Both the position numbers and the translations under genes were made by a program. The notes under the pieces were generated by a model. That model saw only the letters and a list, made by a program, of their open reading frames with translations, searched no databases and was not told the DNA's origin. Positions 21,281 to 32,088 of a DNA stretch of 64,000 nt are shown here, in pieces. Each line of letters opens with the position of its first letter. The stretch's first letter is position 1. The stretch lies in assembly GCA_946965045.2 (NCBI GenBank), contig OX337231.1, positions 3,782,001 through 3,846,000 on the forward strand, given 5' to 3'. This stretch comes from Epithemia pelagica. Its lineage: Eukaryota; Protista; Bacillariophyta.

Positions 21281-23236
21281 TTACAAGAACCGTCGATCAT
21301 GGTACACTTTGAGTGCGGCTTGATAGTACTGAATGGAAATCCGGTCGGCCCACGAATCCAACATGTATCCACCGTACAATGGATCTTGGACAAGGCCGGG
21401 AACGAGGGAACGCAACATGGCAGACGCAGAGGAAGTGCCGTCATATCCGGCCGCGGCATTGTCCAAAAAGGGACAATGCGACCCCGTCTTGGCAATCGCC
21501 AAGAGTCCTCGCTCGGACAAGGCTGACAATTCGGCATAGGTACGACCCTCATGGTGGGCCAGTGGCGACACGTCGGCCAAAAAGTCCATAATGTTGATGA
21601 GGGCATCGTCTTTGGAATGCACCACCAAGTAGGGTGTACTGGTTTCAAAAAAGGTATTGATTGGATTGGTCGCCCCAAAGTATTCAGACGCAGTGCGATA
21701 TCCGGCCATGGGAACGGCACTGTGAATGACATCTTGCATGGTCTCGGCTTGCAAGACAGCATTGACAATCTCATCTCCGTAATGCGTTCGGAGAAGTTCT
21801 TCGTTGCGACGCACAAACCAATCCTTGACCGATGGTGTCAAGACATGAGTGTTGTAGGGATCGCGGAAACGATTGGGCCAGTAGTTGCGACGAATATCGT
21901 AATTGCCGGGTGCCATGAGAATACACGCGACAAACGAAGGAGTCGGAACCTGGGGACGGTCCCTCCGTCGTTGATCCCAAATCCCCAAGGTGGGAGCGGC
22001 CAAGCCCACACCGGCCGAAACGCCATGCAGAAACATGGGGGTATGAGGGTCGGCACCCTGGTGGTGCAGGAGTTCGTGACGAATGTACCAATACACTTGT
22101 TCCAAATCCTGGACATCGCCAAACAAGTTCCATCGCGGAGCTTGTAACCTGTGTTCCGTGCTATGCCCCCGGCGATTCATGACAATGGTTCGAAATCCCG
22201 CACCATAGGCCCGACGAACAATCATGTTGCCGGGAATGTCTTGACTCTTGCATCGCAATCCCGGTGCAATCAAAATAATGGACGAGCTGGCATTGAATTG
22301 GGGGTAGAGGACATGAGCCGTAGTAGTCGTATTCTTCTTCTCCTGGTCGGAACGGGCCATGAGTGGAGGAAAAATGTCCAAGGTAATGGTATCCGTCATG
22401 AGCGGTGAGGGTTGACAATTTGGCTCCTTGACAAGACAATCTTGGACCGTGATGGGAATGCGTTGATAGGGAATGCCATGTTGCCGATGGACTTCGTTTT
22501 GGATCAACCAGGGAAGGAGTTGCAAATGACGATTCCGAAATACGAGCGGAGGCGACGGTCCTCGCAACAAATCCGGCATGGCACGAATAATCTCCCTCAA
22601 TTGGGGATCCTGACCAACAATCAACTCCTGCAACCCGGGACCCAGCTGGAAGTGTTTGTCGGGTAAACAAGAGGTCCTATTGTCGTTGGCAAACACCATG
22701 GGGTCGTCATGATGATCCTTCATGATCATTCTAGTATTCGGCACGAGGTTCTGGTTCTTTGTCGTGTGGTTGGTTCGGACGACGGAGCATAACGAGGATG
22801 AACCACCATCGCCACCAGTCTTGGTGTGGTTGTGGTTGTAGTGTGACGACGACAGAATCCAGGGTGGTGGTTCCATCACGGATGCCATGGCAACTAGCAT
22901 CAAACCTCTGAACCAATACGCTGCTGCTCGTCGGTGATGATGAGGATCAGCATCATCTTGGGCATCTCTACTGCTACGACAACGAGATCTCCAACCGGAA
23001 CATGGAGGATTGGTGGTGTGATCTCTTGTTGAGCTACCCTGTTGTGGTGGTTGCCTAGTCGTTGTTTGTGGAAACGACACCACGAAACAAACGCAACAGG
23101 AGCCAGTCCTTTGGAGGACCACGAGGAACCCGACCCGAAGGAAATAGGCACTGGCACTGGTGGCCACCACTGCTGGAACAAGGCTCCAAACGTATTCCAT
23201 GTCCGAGATCGACCAGCCGTGTGGTGCTGGTTCCAT
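21281..23236 (-). CDS. Alpha/beta-hydrolase, ABHD1/2/3-YheT-like esterase
   Basis: FRNRHLQ, IILIAPGL, VMNRRGH, nucleophile GVSAG, acid SKDD, histidine GSHCPF. Hydrophobic N-terminus. Start codon uncertain. Confidence 0.85.
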   Translation of the reverse strand: MEPAPHGWSISDMEYVWSLVPAVVATSASAYFLRVGFLVVLQRTGSCCVCFVVSFPQTTTRQPPQQGSSTRDHTTNPPCSGWRSRCRSSRDAQDDADPHHHRRAAAYWFRGLMLVAMASVMEPPPWILSSSHYNHNHTKTGGDGGSSSLCSVVRTNHTTKNQNLVPNTRMIMKDHHDDPMVFANDNRTSCLPDKHFQLGPGLQELIVGQDPQLREIIRAMPDLLRGPSPPLVFRNRHLQLLPWLIQNEVHRQHGIPYQRIPITVQDCLVKEPNCQPSPLMTDTITLDIFPPLMARSDQEKKNTTTTAHVLYPQFNASSSIILIAPGLRCKSQDIPGNMIVRRAYGAGFRTIVMNRRGHSTEHRLQAPRWNLFGDVQDLEQVYWYIRHELLHHQGADPHTPMFLHGVSAGVGLAAPTLGIWDQRRRDRPQVPTPSFVACILMAPGNYDIRRNYWPNRFRDPYNTHVLTPSVKDWFVRRNEELLRTHYGDEIVNAVLQAETMQDVIHSAVPMAGYRTASEYFGATNPINTFFETSTPYLVVHSKDDALINIMDFLADVSPLAHHEGRTYAELSALSERGLLAIAKTGSHCPFLDNAAAGYDGTSSASAMLRSLVPGLVQDPLYGGYMLDSWADRISIQYYQAALKVYHDRRFL

Positions 23237-24326
23237 TGTTGCTCGGTCTGTTGTCAAAAGTATTCCGGGGAGACGCTTCGATTGGTTGGATCAATGGTTG
23301 TGTTTTGTTGTTGTTGTTGTTACAGAAAGTACAAAAAAGTTTGAGACATGACAAGCGGCTCGTACAATCTCCACCATCATCCTTGGGCCCGAACCAATCC
23401 AAGACAACACACAAGTGTTGTCACTACCCCAAAGAACCAGAACCGAACCGCGGTGACAACAGCCATCAACATGGCACGACAACACCGTTCCCCCTGCTGC
23501 TTCGACAAAAAACCATGGGGTCCCTCTTACATTGGACGGAGAGGATTCCCTTTTCCCTGCTGAACCCATGAGTCGATCATCAAGGTTCCACCTTGTCATC
23601 ATCATTCACATGGATCTCCATTGTGTGGGACGAGAGAGAGCAAATAATCGAAAAGTTTGGATCTTGATGCGGTTCTATCACCCGCGTTTCAGTCGCGTAT
23701 TATCGCCGCTTTCCTACGGGACCAGGAGCAAGACCAAAAGCGGGTCCCGATTCCGAAGAATGCCAAAGCAAGATCCGTTGAGATTGAGAATTGAGGCAAA
23801 GCATAATGAAAGAGTGCCGACCATGGTGTATCTTGAGGAGAGCCGGACGAGACTCCAATATGGTCCAATTCACATGGATCGATCCAGGTCCATTTGTTCT
23901 CTCATTACCTGATCCAGGACCGAACGACTTCAGTTCCATGTCCATTTCCAATCACTTCTACAACAATACACCAGCCGATCCAATGGCGGCAAGCAGGAGG
24001 ATCCTTTATAGAAAGACGGCTTGCATCGTTTGTCAGGACAGATCAAATAGCGGACTTCATCGACAAGAACCACCACAAGAACCAAACGACGACAAGTGAA
24101 TCATTCGGAGCAGCAGCACTGTCTTTGGAAGCAAAGCCGTATCATTACAAACAAGTTTGGTCGGAGGACGGAACCGAGTGCCAGCGACGACACACAAACA
24201 GAACGATTGGACGTACGACAATAAGGCAACAAAAACGAGCCTTTGCCAACGTCCCAAACAATAATATTCCAAAGCGACAACAACAACAAGAACAACAACA
24301 ACGACAAGAACAACAACAACAATATC

Positions 24327-27300
24327 ATGGCATTGTCCTTCTCCTCCGTTCGGTTCGGCGGCCCTGTCACTCGCCATTCTTCATCTTCTTCTTCGTGGTC
24401 CTCCTGCTTCGTTTGGATCTTTGCTGGCCTCCTCCTGAGAATCGCACTCCTTGCTCCATTCCTCCCGGCAGCGGCTACCAACACAACTTGTCGAAGTGGT
24501 GCCACGGGCGCGATTCCATCCTCTCGATCCGACCACGTCTTGGTGTGGTCGGACGAATTTGACTACTCCAAGAATGCCGACAACGAGGAGTGTTGGAGCC
24601 ACAAGTGGTGGCTGCCACATCAAGATCCACAACAAGACCACAATCCCCATGGCAACGATACTACTGTTGTCTCCATTACACCGGAAGGAACCTTGCGATT
24701 GACCGTGGCACCACAACCCCAATCCGCATCGTCGTCGTCTCGCACATGGAACGCACGCCTCTACAGCAAGTTTGCCCTTGTCTATGGTCGTGTGGAAATC
24801 CGCGCCAAATTTCACACACCACCCGGTACTCGAGCCATGCTGTGGTTGCTGGGACAAGACTACTTCCACGACAACACTAACAACCACGACAACCACAGCC
24901 ACCCCTTGGTCCCCTGGCCGTATTGTGGTGAAATCGACCTGGTCGATGCCTTTTGGCATTCGGCGAGTCCGGAACCCGCCCTGCGAGCCGCGGTTCATAC
25001 GCCCCAACAGTACGGAAGTACGGCTCGTCGGGGCTATGCCACTACCAATCATTCGTATCCTCCCGACGAATTTCAAGTTTATACCTTGGACTGGAACGAA
25101 ACGACGGTACAAGTGTCGGTGAATGGTCAAGCACCCTTTTTCACCTATCAACCAGCCATTCGCACGGCCCCGACATGGCCGTTGGATCGGCCACACTCGT
25201 TGCTGGTCAGTGTGACCGTGGGAGGTGCCGAGTTGGGTTTGGGCACTCCCACCACGACTAGAATGCCACCAACCGCAGTCAGTTTGGAAGTGGATTACAT
25301 TCGCATCTATCAACGCGAATCCCAACCGCCCCAAGGAGCACCCCATCCACGTCTGGCCGCCCAATGGGTGACACCCGTCTTTTCTCGTGCCTATCCCAAT
25401 ACGAATGAGGATGGAACCACCACGGCCCATCGGATCCAATCCTGGAATGCCAGCAGTACCAATGGATCCTCCTCCTCATCGGCGCAGCAGTGGCAATTGG
25501 TCTTGAATGAGACCGTGATTCAATATACGAATCTGTCCCAAGCGGTTGTTCAACTTTACGAGTCGAGTTTCGTCAATTCGTCGAATCTCACACACTTTCA
25601 CTTTAGTTTGTGGACTCCGAATGCGGCCGTGAACACTGTCTTGACCGTGACGGTGGTCGACGCGGGCATGGATGGAGTGTTGGGCACGGGCGACGATGGA
25701 ATTGTGGTTGAATCCACATTCGACCACTTGCGTCGCAATCAATGGATCTCGTACACGGTGCCGTTGGTGGATCCGGACGGCCACCAGCCGCCCGCACCCC
25801 TGCAACGAGCGCGCATTGGACAAGTTCGGTTTACCACAAGCAGCACACTACCAACCGTCTATCTGGATCACTTGTACTTGTTTCAACACGTTTCGGAACC
25901 ACACGTTCCGGCACCACGTCCCACACGGCCACCGGAACAGGTTGTTTCCTTGTGGACGGACGACTCCTTCGTGTACCAAGATATTGCTGTGGATACCTGG
26001 ATGACGTCGTGGTCCGTGGCGGCCTCGGTCGAAGAGCATTCCATTCCAGCCGCCGTTCCCAACAACCCTACTACGAAAAGTCATGTTGTCCAAAAGTATA
26101 CCAATGTCAGTTTTGTCGGCATTGAATTTGTCACCCATGCCGTGAATGCGTCGGAACTAACCGGCTTGCATTTGGATGTCTGGATGCCCCTCATAATGAC
26201 TTCTACCGTCCGTCCGCATACAGAGAATGAGGGGTGGACCGCTCTCAAGATCAAATTGGTGGACTTTGGTCCCAATCTCGTGTTTCAAAATGGCGAAAAC
26301 AAGACTGGCGACAATGACGACAGTGAATTTGAAGTGTCCCTCTCCAACTTGACGCTGGGAACCTGGATGAGATTGGATCTGCCCTTTGCCTTGTTTCCCG
26401 GATTGACACCACGACGAGAACATGTGACGCAACTCATTGTCTCGGGACAACATGGATTGCAAGTCCTGGACACTTTGTTTCTCACCAATGTCTACTTTTA
26501 TGTGGAGGATCCACACAACGAGCCGGCACCTTTATCGACCGATTCCCCCTCCAGTGTGGTGGCCCTGTACAGCAATGTCTACGACACGGTCCCCGTCGAT
26601 ACGTGGTTGGCCGACTGGTCAGGACCGACGGTGCACTGGAATCCGGATTACACGATTGGCGACACCAACAAGAACCACGATTCCGTCCTCAAATACTCTA
26701 CCCTGACGTGGGTAGGTGTGGAAACCCGAACACAACCCCTGGACGCATCGTTCATGACTGGATTTCGGATGCATTTGTGGACACCCGAATGTTGGGTCTT
26801 TCGAGTCAAATTTACCGATTTGGGCAATGGCAAGGACATTGTCCAATCCGAACACGAAATCCTTGTGGATAATTTGGTCCCCAAGGAATGGATTTCGATT
26901 GACATTGCCTTGTCAAGTTTGTCCAACTTGCAGTCAATGAGTCATATCGGCGAACTCATTTGGTCGGCGGATTGGCTGTGTACGGCCTATATTGACAATG
27001 TGTACTTTTATGGATCCTTGCAACCCACGCAGGCCGCACCCACTCCCACAGCGTACATGGAGGCCACAGAGGATACGGTCATTTCCCTCGATCTCTCCTC
27101 TGCTTCCATTCCGCCATCATCTCCCATGAGTGGCGTGGCAGGGACTGTCGACGATATCACCTCCACGGCCGAACTGGTGAATTTAAAAGTACTTTATATT
27201 CCGCAAACGGCAGGTGATGTTCCCGACTACCCCATCCTCATGTACGAGAACCAGCCTGGTTTGTCCGATGGAGCAGCTATTGAAATGACACCCATGGATG

Positions 27301-27857
27301 TATCCGACATGACTCATTTTCATGTCCATCTTTGGACACTGGACTGCCCACGAATGGGAATCAAACTGGTAGATTCTGGTCCCAATGGTGTCTTGGACTG
27401 TCCCATAAACACAAACAATGATCCGAATTGTGGTTCGGATGATTCCGAACAAGGAATAGTGATTGACACGAGGCTTCAAGAATGGATTGCTGTGGACATA
27501 CCCTTATCCCCGTCATTGGGGCTGACCAACGTCGCTCAAGTCCTGTTTTATGTTCCTCCTGTCGACACAACGACCACTGTCAGCTCCTCTTCTTGTACGG
27601 TATATTTAGACAATCTCTTGTTTTACTCGCAACGCCCACAAGGCACGGCATCATCATCACCAGCACCACAGGGGCAACCCCTACGACACACGCCGCAGCG
27701 TTCCTGGAAGCATGTCATTGCCATTGCGTCCGATTCATCCTTTTCTCCTCGTAATAGAGCCAGTCAAGGAACTCGAGTGTCCATGACAACTGGATTGGTA
27801 TGGATGACAAGCGCGTATTGGATTGGATGGTATGCTATACCGTGGTTGAGCTGTTGA
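24327..27857 (+). CDS. GH16 laminarinase-like domain plus four ~170-aa bacterial-type repeat modules; N-terminal hydrophobic segment and hydrophobic C-terminus
   Basis: LVWSDEF, LTV..P, ARL.SK..YGRVEIRAK, WP.CGEIDLVD, HTP, F.VY.LDW, WP.D.P..LL..V.VGG, LEVDYIRIYQ. Repeats have the consensus P.P..V.SL...Y..V.VDTW..KY....GIE...DAS.MT.FH..LW..KLVD.G..DD.E...W...DIPL..DN.YFY. Confidence 0.85.
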   Translation: MALSFSSVRFGGPVTRHSSSSSSWSSCFVWIFAGLLLRIALLAPFLPAAATNTTCRSGATGAIPSSRSDHVLVWSDEFDYSKNADNEECWSHKWWLPHQDPQQDHNPHGNDTTVVSITPEGTLRLTVAPQPQSASSSSRTWNARLYSKFALVYGRVEIRAKFHTPPGTRAMLWLLGQDYFHDNTNNHDNHSHPLVPWPYCGEIDLVDAFWHSASPEPALRAAVHTPQQYGSTARRGYATTNHSYPPDEFQVYTLDWNETTVQVSVNGQAPFFTYQPAIRTAPTWPLDRPHSLLVSVTVGGAELGLGTPTTTRMPPTAVSLEVDYIRIYQRESQPPQGAPHPRLAAQWVTPVFSRAYPNTNEDGTTTAHRIQSWNASSTNGSSSSSAQQWQLVLNETVIQYTNLSQAVVQLYESSFVNSSNLTHFHFSLWTPNAAVNTVLTVTVVDAGMDGVLGTGDDGIVVESTFDHLRRNQWISYTVPLVDPDGHQPPAPLQRARIGQVRFTTSSTLPTVYLDHLYLFQHVSEPHVPAPRPTRPPEQVVSLWTDDSFVYQDIAVDTWMTSWSVAASVEEHSIPAAVPNNPTTKSHVVQKYTNVSFVGIEFVTHAVNASELTGLHLDVWMPLIMTSTVRPHTENEGWTALKIKLVDFGPNLVFQNGENKTGDNDDSEFEVSLSNLTLGTWMRLDLPFALFPGLTPRREHVTQLIVSGQHGLQVLDTLFLTNVYFYVEDPHNEPAPLSTDSPSSVVALYSNVYDTVPVDTWLADWSGPTVHWNPDYTIGDTNKNHDSVLKYSTLTWVGVETRTQPLDASFMTGFRMHLWTPECWVFRVKFTDLGNGKDIVQSEHEILVDNLVPKEWISIDIALSSLSNLQSMSHIGELIWSADWLCTAYIDNVYFYGSLQPTQAAPTPTAYMEATEDTVISLDLSSASIPPSSPMSGVAGTVDDITSTAELVNLKVLYIPQTAGDVPDYPILMYENQPGLSDGAAIEMTPMDVSDMTHFHVHLWTLDCPRMGIKLVDSGPNGVLDCPINTNNDPNCGSDDSEQGIVIDTRLQEWIAVDIPLSPSLGLTNVAQVLFYVPPVDTTTTVSSSSCTVYLDNLLFYSQRPQGTASSSPAPQGQPLRHTPQRSWKHVIAIASDSSFSPRNRASQGTRVSMTTGLVWMTSAYWIGWYAIPWLSC

Positions 27858-28370
27858 GCACCAAGACCTCTATTGTACGGCTTGGAACATCTGTATACCA
27901 TTGTTGGAGATGGCAGTCCGGATGACCCCGCCGTGACAACACCATACTACGACCAGACAAGCATGTTCTCCAAAATTGTGATGGAGCAAAGCAATAACAC
28001 AACAATTTGATCCAAAACATCCAACACCGTGAGAAACGCTCCTATCCTGTAAGTTATGTTGTGAGTTTTGATATCGGCTACCTATGCTACCTATATTGGT
28101 AGATTCATTCATTAGAGCCTCGAGTCCCGAGTCCTGAAATTGTTCAAGATCAAGTGTGACTCAGACCGGAAAACTGTGACTCAACACTTGATAGAGCCAA
28201 CATGAAGCATGCAGATGTATTCCCAAAAACCGCAAAAGGTTCGTACGAATCCGTGACAATGCAACATGGCGCCAGTTCCCAAGATGTATTCCCAAAGTGC
28301 AAACCTAAAGTGCAAATCGGAGCCCCAAAGCCAGCATCACACTTCGACAAAGGCATTGTAAAATACTCAA

Positions 28371-30170
28371 TTGCTCGTGAAAAAGTGTGTTGCTTCACCA
28401 TCCAGTGAAACGTTCTTTCCCGTATCAAGTCGACAGTTCCATTGGTCTGCCACCAAGCTTGTGTTATTGATTCTCTCTGTTTCGGTCCGCCTCGCAGTTT
28501 GTACTTTGCCAGTAGAACTCTCAAACAATAACGAAAACTACATTGTTCTCGGGGATGGCACGGCCGACTGTAAGTCGTCTGAGTATCGAGCAATTACATC
28601 CAAGGAAGAATGTCTGTTGGCCGGAGAGGCCATTGGAGGTATCCCCCACCCGAACACTGGTACTGCATATGCTCATAAGGATTGGGTACACACACCTTGT
28701 GGATGCTTTTTATCGTACTGGGATTTGGGAGGGACAGATAGTGGTTGGGTGATTCATTTTGACATTGGACGCACCGAATGTAAGGGTGACTATGTGGACG
28801 AGTACCCTGTCATTTGCAAGCGCGCCAACTGGGAGCCGGGTGATGTGTTATCGGATTTTTATTCCTTGGAGGAGGATGGAACAGCAGAATGCAGCACCGA
28901 CTTATCGATTGCTTCCGCAGAGGAATGCTTGGGTGCCGGACTCTCTATCGGAGCATCGGTTGAACCAGACAGCAATTATGCCCTTGTAAAGAGCTGGGGA
29001 CACACTCCTTGTGGTTGCTTCCTTTCCGACTGGGGCATAAACGGATGGGTGATACATTACGATACTGGAGAACAGGCGTGTGTGGGAGACCCTACCCATC
29101 CGACACACATCTATCCAGTGCTTTGTCGCAAGAAAGACTACACGCAAGAATACCATCAAGTAGGGAATGCCATTCGCGACTGCTCTCAGTATAGTCCCGA
29201 AGGAATGACCGTGACGGCTGTTCAGAGCGAAGAAGAATGTATGGCAGCTGGTCTAAGTTTGGGTGGGACTTTGCGCTATACCTTTATGGTGGCATGGTTT
29301 TGGACGCACACTCCCTGTGGCTGTTTCATTCAAATATCAGCTGATGAATCGAATGGAGACATTCATTGGAATTATGGAGAAACATGCCAAGCGAATCCGG
29401 ATTTTCAAGTCATTTGTCAGGTGACTACATCAAACGATATCTTTATCGACGCCCCCACCTCTGTACCCACTTCAGTACCCACTTCAGGACCGACATTTGG
29501 ACCCACTTCAGGACCGACATTCGGACCCACTTCAGGACCGACATTCGGACCCACTTCAGGACCGACATTTGGACCCACGCTGGTACCAACGGCCGGGCCC
29601 ACTAAAGTACCTACCCCTACAGATCCAGAGGAACCCACGGACGATGTCGCATTTTTCCAGGGAACTGCGACACAAGTACTCGAATGGTGCAAAGGCGATG
29701 ACACAGGTCCATACTGCTGCAATGGCCAAGAGGCCTGTGAAGGCTGGGATTCTGTCCTTGAAGATGCCATTACCATATACAAGGGCGCCTGTATTGGTAA
29801 TGGAGCTTGTCGGGGAGCCTTCATAACGGCGTTTTTTGGAAGCAATTCCTGTATGGGAGAGCATGCCTGCGATCGAAGTACTTCTTCCTATCTTCCCATT
29901 GACTCCTTTTTCGTGGGTGATAACTCCTGTGTGGGTCCCGGTGCCTGTTCCCTATCATATGGCAGCTCCATTCTAAGTGGTAAGACACTTATAATGATGG
30001 TCGGGCCAGGATCATGCATAGGATATATGTCTGCATGTGCCGAACTCTACGCTCCTACCATTGTTATCGGAGCTGTGTCGTGTGTGCGCAGTGAGGAGAG
30101 CGTCTTTTCGACCTGTTCTCATTTGAAAACTGAAAGCAAGATTGAGATTGGGGCGAATGCCTGTATCTGA
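28371..30170 (+). CDS. Cys-rich modular, probably secreted protein (3 'EECL.AG..GG/TPCGCF' modules, PT-repeat stalk, 'C.G..AC' repeat region); first exon not resolved
   Basis: Open frame with a signal-like segment KLVLLILSVSVRLAVC and three ~70-aa modules. There is no in-frame ATG near the 5' end, so an upstream exon is presumed. Confidence 0.7.
   Translation: MLVKKCVASPSSETFFPVSSRQFHWSATKLVLLILSVSVRLAVCTLPVELSNNNENYIVLGDGTADCKSSEYRAITSKEECLLAGEAIGGIPHPNTGTAYAHKDWVHTPCGCFLSYWDLGGTDSGWVIHFDIGRTECKGDYVDEYPVICKRANWEPGDVLSDFYSLEEDGTAECSTDLSIASAEECLGAGLSIGASVEPDSNYALVKSWGHTPCGCFLSDWGINGWVIHYDTGEQACVGDPTHPTHIYPVLCRKKDYTQEYHQVGNAIRDCSQYSPEGMTVTAVQSEEECMAAGLSLGGTLRYTFMVAWFWTHTPCGCFIQISADESNGDIHWNYGETCQANPDFQVICQVTTSNDIFIDAPTSVPTSVPTSGPTFGPTSGPTFGPTSGPTFGPTSGPTFGPTLVPTAGPTKVPTPTDPEEPTDDVAFFQGTATQVLEWCKGDDTGPYCCNGQEACEGWDSVLEDAITIYKGACIGNGACRGAFITAFFGSNSCMGEHACDRSTSSYLPIDSFFVGDNSCVGPGACSLSYGSSILSGKTLIMMVGPGSCIGYMSACAELYAPTIVIGAVSCVRSEESVFSTCSHLKTESKIEIGANACI
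29478..29573 (+). repeat. Coding minisatellite, 24 nt x4 (PTSGPTFG)
   Basis: CCCACTTCAGGACCGACATT(T/C)GGA repeated four times in frame. Confidence 0.95.
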
Positions 30171-32088
30171 ACGGGTATTCTTGACGACGTGTGCTCCACG
30201 TGTAAAGAAAAGTACCTTGGAATCACGTACTTGGACAATGCCTTCAGTCTTCCGCATCGAGCATTAAGTTGTGCCGATTGTCCTGATATTGCCCTAGGTC
30301 ACTACGGACTCGAAACGCAAGTGGACAGCAATTGGGAGTACTATGGTCTATTAGAAGATGGTGCAGCGGAATGTCCCACCGTGGAATCCTCCGTGCAATC
30401 AGAACACGAATGCCTGGTTGCTGGTACAGCAGTTGGTGGTACAACTCTCACTACTTCGCCGTCGGATCCGACATCCACCCCGTGTGGATGTTTCATGGAT
30501 GGGGCATCCATCTATTGGGACAGCACGGCAAACTGTGTTGGGTATGATTCTGACACGAATGAATATCCAGTGGTTTGCCGTAAGTACGACTTTGAAGAGT
30601 TGTATGTCGCTGTTCCAGCATTTATGCATGCCGATTGTACATCCGCGGGCTACTATGACGCGGGAACAGAATGCGATGTGGCCGCCGCCTTTTTCGGAAG
30701 CATCACATACAAGCTGTCGGTTTCCGACGACAAACTTCCATGTGGATGTATGATGTATAACCGTGATGGATACAGAACTCTGCATAACACGGCATCTAAC
30801 TGTACGGTCGCAGATGGATACCGACTTGTTTGTAAAAAGAACGAAAACTCGGAGGAAAACTCGGAGGAAAACACGGAGGAGGAACCAACTTTCATCGAGG
30901 GAACTCCATCGCATGTCATTGCATGGTGTAGAGGGGATGAGACAGGTCCCTTCTGTTGCAATGGCATTGGTGCCTGTGACGGATGGAATTTAACCATTGA
31001 AGATACAACCGCAATGACCATGTACAAGGGTTCCTGTATAGGTGATGGTGCTTGCAGTGGAGTCTACTCGACAGCAACCTTTGGACGGAATGCCTGTGTT
31101 GGAGACTACGCCTGCGATCGAACCACGTCTTCTTATCTGTCTATATACTCCTTTATCGCCGAGGACAATTCCTGTGTGGGATCATATGCATGCTACCTAT
31201 CGGACGGAAGTTCTATTCCTAGTTTATCAGCACTTTCCATGACCGTTGGTGCTGGATCTTGTTCAGGAGGAACCTTTACCTGCGCTGAATTGCAATCTCC
31301 CGAGATTGTGATTGGAGCTGCTTCCTGTATCGCGAATACGGACAGTGCGTTTTCCATGTGTTGGAATCTTGTCCATGACACCAAGATTGAGATTGGGACC
31401 CATGCCTGTAACGGAACAGAGCTCTCGGAAGATGTGTGCTCCAATTGTCAGACAATGCGTTCACCCTTCCGGATCGAGCATTGAGCTGCGCCGATTCTCC
31501 CGATATTGCCTATGATATCATTATGGACTCAAGACACAGACTGACAGCTATTGGACGTATTATGGTCTTCTAGAGGATGGGGCTTCTCAATGCACAAGGG
31601 AGACATCAGCTGTTCAATCCGAACACGAGTGTTTGCTGGCCGGCACTGCTGTGGGTGGACTACCGGATACTTTTACAATACCCTTGGATTCGGAACTCAA
31701 GTCGACACCCTGTGGATGTTACATGGAAGGAAGGGTCATTTACTGGGAGGACGATAACAGATACTGTGAGGGACGAGGTAGCAACGTATATCCTGTGGTA
31801 TGCCGAAAATATGACTCTGAAGAGTTGTTTGTCAATGTTGGAACAACTTATAGCAACTGTACCGATGCGGGCTATCACGATATTACTTTGACCGAATGCG
31901 AGTTGGCGGGAGCCTTTTTCCAGAGCCCTTCAACACTCGTCCTAAGTGTGTCCGATTCGTCCCTCCCTTGTGGTTGCCTGCTGCATGACATGGGCGGGGG
32001 AGACTATGCCACGTTCTACAACACGGAATCCTCGTGTTCTGCCAACAGCGGATACCAACTCCTGTGTAAAACCAGTGCTTATTCCTGA
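30171..32088 (+). pseudogene. Interrupted continuation of the Cys-rich modular gene (4 more modules and a second 'C.G..AC' region)
   Basis: The frame continues through TGA 30168-30170, which aligns with GGA (Gly) at 31413-31415 in the duplicated unit. There are two frame changes, near 31450 and 31515, and the junction sequences are clearly homologous (LPHRALSCADCPDIA vs LPDRALSCADSPDIA). Confidence 0.65.

Noticed and set aside
29454-29603. CRISPR-like periodic repeat
   Set aside because: No spacers. It is an in-frame coding minisatellite in a eukaryotic gene.
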